Positions 55,540-64,000 of a stretch of 64,000 nt of DNA are shown piece by piece. Below the pieces are notes generated by a model. The model worked only from the letters and a program-made list of their open reading frames with translations. It was not told the origin of the DNA and did not search any database. Position numbers and translations under genes: made by a program. Position 1 is the first letter of the stretch; every line of letters starts with the position of its first letter. This DNA is from Balanoglossus misakiensis (taxonomy: Eukaryota > Animalia > Hemichordata): the NCBI GenBank assembly GCA_040954595.2, contig CM082592.2, positions 3,302,735 through 3,366,734 of the forward strand, given 5' to 3'.

Positions 55540-58016
55540 TTTCGACGGAGCCTGTCGGTTACAGATAAATCAAAAGGCACCGCCGCGCCAGAGTGAACAT
55601 ATTGTCGACGACCGACTTCCAGCTAACATTTATCGCAGTAAATACGTTGCTTTCGCATGACGCATACTCACAATAAAATTTGCCCTGAGCTGAACTTCTC
55701 TCAGCGCGTGACCTTACCGCGCAGACGCGCTGTATGCGATTCATAATGTGCGAACCTCTGGAAAGTGAAAGTAACGTATATTTTCCGCAGAAAGCTATAA
55801 ACACAGAATCGAACAGTCGATTCGGATATTTGTTCGCGTTGTCATCAAAAACATGTAAAAATATTAATAGTTTTGAGTTCGCTTGAGTGCGAAAACATCG
55901 ACTTTCTGCTCTTACTAGGTAGTGCTCCGAAGAGATTAGGGGGGGGGGGATTTCTCATGGAAATAATAATTTCTATACCTTCTATATTAACACACATTGC
56001 ATTTTCTTAAAAAGGTAGGACTTTATTGACAAAGTAAACTATTAGCCTATCTTTGGACATCTTTGCAAATGCGGTCATGTATCAACCGGTGTAAATGTAT
56101 TTTTACATAGACTCTTTGAATTAAAATTGTCTCCGGCAGAGAAATGTGTTGGCTTTGGATTACAATCTGGCGTGCTTTCAATTCTTTATCAATTTTGTGT
56201 TTTTATTTTAGTGTTAGTGTCTGACAAAGTAAACAAGGTATGTTGGAATGACTGACGTACAGTCGAGCAACATAAACTGTTTCTTGAACTACACTCGCTG
56301 TTCAGAGCTGTCTAATCGACTTCAGATTTCAAAATTCCACCAACGTGTAGGCTACTGGGTATGCCAGGTAAGTTCATTTCTACATGAAAGGAGTAAATAC
56401 ACGTTGAACCATGTGTGCATACTTCCGTCACATGCAGGCATGTAGAAAATTGCATTATCCGTCGGACGAAACCTTTACATTTAGGCTAATATTAAAACTA
56501 CTCAAAATATCTGGAACAGTCCTCGAGCTTTAATCCTCTGAACCAGTCAGGGCCTCACCCCATGTCAGCTCGTTCAACGCCCTTGCTGTTATGGCTTACA
56601 ATGATGTAATGAAAGCGCTGCGCCTGGTTATTAACAACTGGAGCCAGACGGGGCGTGGCATATAAAATAGAGGAAAATAACAGACATGTCAGGAGGCGAT
56701 GATCGACAATAGGCCTACTGCGCAAGGCAAGCATTCAACATAGCACGGTGCAAGGTCGTTCGAGGTCATATCCGGGATCGAGTGTTTTGTTCATAGAAAA
56801 TACACGCGAGAGTGTCAGCTTTACTGTTTTCACGTGACACTGAAGTATATATGGTTATAGGCGATTCAGTGGCTTAGAAACCAGCGACATCGAGTGAAAG
56901 GTTTATGGCTTGTAAATGTTTATAGAGACTTTTATTGCCAATACATGTTGGATAAAGAAAAATACACAGAACCAGGACAAAATTGTATAAAACCAACATC
57001 TCTGATTCAGGTCAAAGCCGTTCAATTTACCTAACGAATATATAGCAAATTGCATAGTTCATTTATAGCCAGCAGGTACGGTTGGTTCGACATTCTTTTT
57101 GAGGATTACCGGCCAATTATACATTGAGTTGTAGCCTAGCCACGCAAAGCCTCGCCGAGGGCGCTTGTTTCTAACAAGCTAGCCTCTTACCGAAACCCGC
57201 ATGCCTGATAAAAACAAAATAAACACGAGCAATGTTTGTTGTATATGAGCATACAGTCGTCATATTAAAAAAAAAAAATAGAAAAAAATCGGCTCGCAAT
57301 GTTTTCACATTTTATCATATTTTAAGGTGACTTCGCCTGTAAAGTGGGTAAACTGATCTACAGGTTGGGGGCGCTCTGCGACGTCCCCATCTTGATACAT
57401 GTGATACATGTTATATACATGTACTGAAGTGGAACGGTGCGCATTGGCCAAAACCGACTTACATTGTCAATGGAAGATACTAGAAAACAAGACGCAAACT
57501 ACATAGGGACAGTAAATACCAAACCTTTCAAATTTTTGCTATTGTGAAGTGTGTGAGGTGTCCGTTTGATCACTATTTTAATATTTCTTCATAGAGTTAC
57601 CACATATAGTGACGGCCATTTTGTCTTTTAAATTTACGAAAATTTTGTCCTCAAGTTAAACTTTTGCACAGTAACCCATAATTTTTTATTCTCCATTTTA
57701 AGCGAGAGAATGATCTAAAGTTTCCCTCGGTGAAAAAATAAATAAAAATAATAATAGATCCAACAGGTGTTAGGAAAGGCATAACAAGTTTCAAATCACA
57801 AATGAGTACTGTTATTTACTGTGCGTAATCATGCGGACATTTTCGGCTTGAAAATGCACGCAACTTAAAGAAATTTGTTAAATGTCACAATGCTACAGCG
57901 GATTCCATACAATATTTTCAGAGAGGTTTTGTTTTCTACGAACTGCATGGATACACCTTAGTCATCATTTGCGAAAACCTGGCTGGCGACACAGATTAGA
58001 TCCAGTTTCGTCGTCT

Positions 58017-61000
58017 TCATTTGAAAAAGACCTGCGGGCAGAAACGCGCAATAATTTGGATGTTAGTTTTATATATTAAAACGGTTCTGCATTTATATCT
58101 AAAATCGTATGTAGAGCAAATTCTCAGCCGTGTGTGTCTAATTATATCACATGTATTCGTACCTTGCCATTCTTTTGTAGTATTGATAGGTTGTGTACTA
58201 TGCCGGTGGCTGTCGGTCTTTCATCCGGGTCTTCCTTCCAACAATGCCTCACCACCCCGTAAATATCATCCGTGCAATGACGCGGCTTGGGCATTCGATA
58301 TCCTGAGCGTAATTGCCTCATGAGATAGCAGGCGTCCTGCGATATATGCTCGGGGTATGGGGTGCCACCTGGTTGGGAAGGACAACATGTCGCCAGCAAA
58401 TTAAAACTGTAGGATTATTTCGAATAATTAATCAAAACCATCCGTTCGTTCGTCCATCCGTCTGTCTGCCACGTTCTGCCTGCCTGCCTGTCTGTCTGTC
58501 TCCATGTCTGTCTGTCCGCATGTCTATCTGTCTGTCTGTCTGTCTGCCTGCCTGTCTGTCTGAAACCACACATGCATTCAACTGAGTCACGGGGCAAGGC
58601 ACACATATCGTCGGATACATACCCAATGTAATCATTTCCCATAACATCACTCCGTATGACCAGCTGTGGGATGCAGAATAATAGAAAGATTTGTGAAGTA
58701 CCCATTCTCACATGTAGGTCAGATATGAACATAAGCAGCAAAGAAGCACAACTGAGGTTCACGGCGTAAATGTGCTCCGCGTGCGAGGCTTAAAGCCAGG
58801 TAAACATACTTTCACATCAGGGATATCGATATTGACCAAATTCAGTTCGGTCAACTTTTGTATGCCCAATGAAATCTAATTCTCTGACTTAAAAAAAAGT
58901 AACAGTTTCACATGCCACACTTACATATCTGATTTGTTCGTGTACACGCCTCTCTCCAGGGACTCAAGAGCCATCCAACGAACAGGAACAAGTACACCTT
59001 GCTGTGTCACAAAACAAAAACTACAGTTAGAAAATGCTTCATTTGTGTTACATTCGTGCTAATGTTTCCGGCGGGATAAAATTTTATTGTTTCGGTAATA
59101 ATTGAGACCACGAAAATAAATATTCTGCAAAATATACACAGAGGTTAAAAATATTTTCCTCCTAAATAAAACAGTATTGTATTTTTGTAACTTGTACATA
59201 AATATAATACAAGAACCTTTCGTCGATAAGCTGTACATACCTTTGGGTGTCTTTGATATTGTCCCTTTTGATAAACATCTCTAGAGAGACCGAAATCTGC
59301 GATTTTTGCGACATCGTCAAAAGATATCAAAATATTGCGGGCCGCAATGTCACGATGAACAACCTGAAAGACGTGGAGATAATTTTGCTTTTTTCTTGTT
59401 AAGATAATTGGAAGGATCAAGATGTGATTTGGTCGTCATCACGAATATCTTTTGTACTTATCTACCGTTGTGTATTGAAGTTTGTAAATTCAATGAAAAC
59501 AGACTACAAAAGTGTGTTGTGTAATTTCCAACACAGTAAGAAATCATATTAACCATGAAAAGGGTTGTCCGAAGGAACTAGTTTAGTTGAAGTTCAATTG
59601 TTTATTAATTTTGTTTTCCTGCAGAAGACACTTCTCTAAGAAAACAAAATAAAAATTCTGATCTGAGAAAACACAGGCCACCCTGAGTATTCGCGCCAAA
59701 CTTATGAATTCTACAACTCCGACATAGCTGGACGTGATAGTGTATCGTTCAACCTAAGAGATTGGACAATTCAAGGAAACATCAAATAGATATGATTAAA
59801 GTGAGATCTCGGACGTGACATCTTACCTTCTGATTTTCTAAATATTCCATTGCGCGCGCCACATCTAACGCAAACTTGACAAGGAGGTCATCGCGCTGTC
59901 GGGTAACAGTCCTCACATCCGACCACTCTTTCACGAAATTGAGCAGGTCTGTTTTCATCAATTCGGTGATGATGCAACACTTGCCTGAAAGCGTTAGTGG
60001 AAGTTTTTTTATTCTCCTAAGGGTCATCCATTGTTAATTCAGTTTGAATGATATTAAATCACTGTTGGCAGGAATTGTTGATGGCGTAAACGTGACGTCA
60101 ATGATAATAGTTTATTCTCAAATCATTTCAGAAACATACCAACTCATATACAAGTACGCATCAACAATAACAAAGATGAAGAGAGAAAAAGACTGAACAG
60201 TGTACAAAGTATATAAACCAACAGTGTTCACATAGGTTTGTAGAAGCCACATGACTACTTCAATAACACGTGACAATTTCATTGTGAAACATTTCTTTGA
60301 CGTTGAATGTCACGATACGATGGGATTAGCGGTGACATAAACAGATAACATATAAACGAACGAAAAATTTGTAACGTACTTACGTTTTTCTAGAAGGACA
60401 CCAGTGAGTTGGATGACATTGGGGTGACCTTTCAGCTTGTCCAAGAGTTGGATTTCGTGAAGGAAGGTGTGCCAATATTCGGTTTCATCTGTGAGTATTT
60501 TCACTGCTTCCGTTCTGACGTCACCTTTTGTAACTCTCACCTCCGCCCTGTGAACCCTGGAAAATGTCCCTGCGCCGAGTACTTCAAGAACTTTGACTTG
60601 GTTTGGATTAAACATCGTTACCTCGGACTGCTCATGAAGAAAAAACATTGTGAGGAATTGAAAACGCCCAAGACATGCAGATGCGAGAGGTATCTAATCT
60701 GAAACCTCATCTGAAGATTCAAACAATTTAATTACTTCCAGGAAAAGTGGTCCTTATATATACTCCGCGATTTTTCTCACGTTTAGTGAGGTCCAGTTTT
60801 TTTCTTCTAATAAATTAAAGCCATGTGTATCATAATTGAAATCGTAACCATAGGATACACCCGTTTCATGTCTAGCGCACTCGTGTAGCCATCATGAAAT
60901 GAACTCAAAGCGAGGCCAATGGGGGGAATCCCTTGATGTGATTGGTCAACTTTTTCCCATCGGCCTCGCTTCGAGTTCACATTCTCAATAGCTGCGTGAG

Positions 61001-63103
61001 GGCGCTAGACTCATGAAAAGGGTGTATAGGAATGTAAATGAATTAAGCCATACCGGAATTTTCTTTTTCCATGAAATATCATCGAATTCCAACCGACTGT
61101 ACCCATGACGTTTTTTACTTGACTTCTTCCTCTTTTGTATGAAAGCCGTCAAAAGCATCAGCGCAGTCACAACAACCAGAAGGAGTATTAATAATCCAGC
61201 GATTTCCAGAAGTGGTATTCCATTTTGGCTTGACCTGGCTGTAAAATTAACCATGTATGTGCTGATAAAACAATTCAACTTCAAACCCTATTAAAAGATG
61301 AACACACCAACTTGAAAGTAATCTCAACAAGACAAAGACCCACAGAGAAAGCGAATATGTTTATGTGAATATCTGTTTTGCATAGGGAAAACTACCCACC
61401 TGTTACGGTCACCTTAATAGTGCAATTGTCTGAATTGTTCCAATGATCGAATACGGATATGACGACATCTGTAGTGCCCATGGGAAATAGTTGGCCTGAT
61501 ACATGAGAGGATGTCACGTTGGCAATGCCGTCGTTGTCAGTAGCTGTCACCGGTCCCCAAGTCACAGAAGCTCTGTCTGAAGAATACTGAACTTCACTTG
61601 TGATGTTGGATGGGCAGTCATGGATGATCGGTTTCTCTATATCTGGTTCAACGATATATATTATGTCACAATATGCTCAGATGAAAGCACGAAGCTTTGG
61701 CCGTTGTGCACAGCGTAAGAAGCCGTGAATCCAAATTAGCCTTTTCACGACTTTCATTAAAAAAAATTGCACCAACACTGATGGAACGTTCTAGAGATAT
61801 TGTTTTCACTCGCTCAGAATTCCCTTACCTCTGTTACACGTCTTCCCTGTCCATCCATCGACACATTGACAACCAGCTAACCGAGAGCAGTTGCCGGCAT
61901 GAGCGCAGTCGCATTTCCTGGTGCAATTAATTCCCCAGAAGTTTTCCTGGCAACCTATTGGAAGCACGGAGACAGTTTGAAACGTTAAGTGCCTTTGTAT
62001 CTAGTAATAGGTTTACAGTTATACTTTGAATGTTGGTGTTCATTATGAATTACACGTACCATAAAGACTGCCCTACAGTAAAATCTGAATTGGGTTCTCA
62101 GATGGCTTTGCCAACAGTATACACAAGTATACCCACCTTCGACATTAATGTCCACAACATTGGAAGCAATAACCTTGTCGGGGTCATATCCATATCCAAT
62201 GCACTGATAGTCACCAGAGTCCCACTGACTTGCCTTTGATATTGTTAGTGTTTTTATGCTAGTAATAAAATGAAAGTCTCTTTTATTACAAAGTAATCTG
62301 AATGACGTCCATCGTATTAATAAGGTAAGTTCGTAAATTTTGTAGCCTTGTTAAAAGTGAAACGCATTATTTTCGTTGAAGTTATATAATATAGAATGTA
62401 TTCAACTTCTGCAAAACATCAAATTCCGGCAGTAAACGCAATATGCTCAGCGAAGTTGTATTTACTTTCCAGACTGTCCCTGTGCTATTCTTCCCCCTTC
62501 AACGTCCAACTGGTCGTCGACCGTCTTCCCGTTATGATGCCAGGCAAAGTTATCACGTATGACATTTGTTAAGACACACCGGAGGAAGATGACGCCGTTC
62601 AGAGGGACTGTAGTGGACCCCGCAGCCAGACTGACGCTTGGAGAGATTGCTGTGGAAACCACGAAGGAACGTAATGAATTGATGTAGTGTGGCAGCACCC
62701 ATGATTTTTTTAGTGTCTGATCTGAAGTTCGCAAGCGTTTAATTTCATCATGATCATGAGGTATTACTTCTGGCAAGAAAAGGTTAAGTTCTTGGGAATA
62801 TTTGAATCGAAAAGTGTCATGACTTTCTCAATTTTACACACCTGCTATCTATAAATTGGAATTGTAAATCCTGAATTTAAAAAAGCACTGCATCTTTCTC
62901 GGTAAACCTGCTGTTGGCAATACATGTATTACATTGATCGCGAGAGGACAAGACCAATGCAGCATTCTACTTACGGATGTCACATGCTGGCCCCTGCCAC
63001 CCTGCAGCACAATTGCAGGCACCATTCCAACCATGACAAGTTGCACCGTTACTGCAGATGCACATCTTGTCACATCGGGCTCCATACCTTCCATGTGGAC
63101 AAC
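58017..63103 (-). CDS. Receptor tyrosine kinase with EGF-Ig-EGF-HYR ectodomain (Tie-like EGF repeats); 5' part lies beyond the right edge of the window
   Basis: Exons 63103-62975 ([25 protein letters not shown]), 62649-62466 and 62258-62137 (Ig: LRCVL..WHHNG / DSGDYQC), 61954-61829 ([13 protein letters not shown]), 61642-61400 (HYR: [29 protein letters not shown]), 61238-61054 (TM), 60627-60384 ([19 protein letters not shown]), 59984-59827, 59363-59241 ([15 protein letters not shown]), 59001-58925 (PVRWMALES), 58663-58623 ([10 protein letters not shown]), 58368-58163 ([16 protein letters not shown]). The last exon near 58031 is uncertain. Confidence 0.9.
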
Positions 63104-63832
63104 CTTGTCAAAACAAACATTAACGTAAAAGGTGTTATGATTGGGTTACACAGAACTCCGTGACCTCAGCTCATTACCTGTACCGCACAGAGGTTATTTT
63201 CATGAGTGATGCGGTGTTTTCTGTGTCATTATTACTGCTATTTTATCACATTTGCATATCAATTGTGGCCTTATTTTGCCGGCAACAACGACGAAACCGG
63301 CAGAACATATCCAATAAGAGAAAGACGGACTGACACATATGCCCAAAGACAAATTCAAGAGACTCGGACAGAGACAGACAGACACACACACACACTCACA
63401 GACACGGTCAAATGTTATTTTACCACAGACATGACAATTACGTACCAATAACTGCAATTTGGAGATCTTGAAAATAAAGAGGGGTTTCTTTCGGCTCTAT
63501 TAACGAGATATCGTATATCCAGTCTTTGTGAGTATCAAACCCTTGGACATGTAGTTCTAATAGCTGATAGTAAGATAAAAAATCACTATCCACGTCAAAT
63601 GAATTTTGTTTTATCCACTGCCTTACAGGAGGATAGTCCATCTGCAAAAAAAATAATTGGTGTTAAGAGTTTAGATATACTTATGCTGCTGTAACTGATA
63701 TAGATGGTTCGTCGTAAATACGGATGACTTGTCGGCAAAAGGCTAATGTATTAGATGGGCACCGTTTCTTCACAACGACAATGCAAATCACAGACAGCAG
63801 ACATGTTGGTTTAATCGGCCAGGACATCGGAC

Positions 63833-64000
63833 CACAACACAACACAACACAACACAACACAACACAACACAACACAAAAGAACAACACAACACAACACAA
63901 CACAACACAACACAACATAACACAACACAACACAACACAACACAACACAACACAACAACACAACACACCTAAACACAAACAACACACCCCAACACAACAC
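63833..64000 (+). repeat. (ACACA)n pentanucleotide microsatellite
   Basis: Direct reading. Confidence 0.93.

Overview
Intron-rich animal genomic DNA. It is AT-rich, has GT-AG introns and abundant microsatellites and MITEs, and its gene content suggests a marine invertebrate deuterostome (inference). From left to right the window holds: (1) the 5' part of an Ig/FN3 cell-surface protein gene (- strand) with a CR1-like LINE fragment in intron 1; (2) a head-to-head YWTD-propeller/EGF/sushi type I membrane receptor (+) whose intron 2 carries a 5'-truncated but stop-free Tx1/L1-clade retrotransposon sitting inside a (CAT)n microsatellite; (3) a three-gene block of a Patched-domain (RND/PTCHD3-like) transporter A (-), a type I polyketide synthase (+) and a Patched-domain transporter B (-); (4) the 3' part of an EGF/Ig/HYR receptor tyrosine kinase (-). 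The highlight is the ~2745-aa PKS. Its architecture is KS-AT-DH-(degenerate ER)-KR-ACP followed by an NRPS-type condensation domain and a spliced C-terminal PH-like domain, and it lies between two paralogous RND-family transporter genes. This is a candidate animal biosynthetic gene cluster. All exon boundaries were called by eye from splice signals and reading frame, and no database searches were run.
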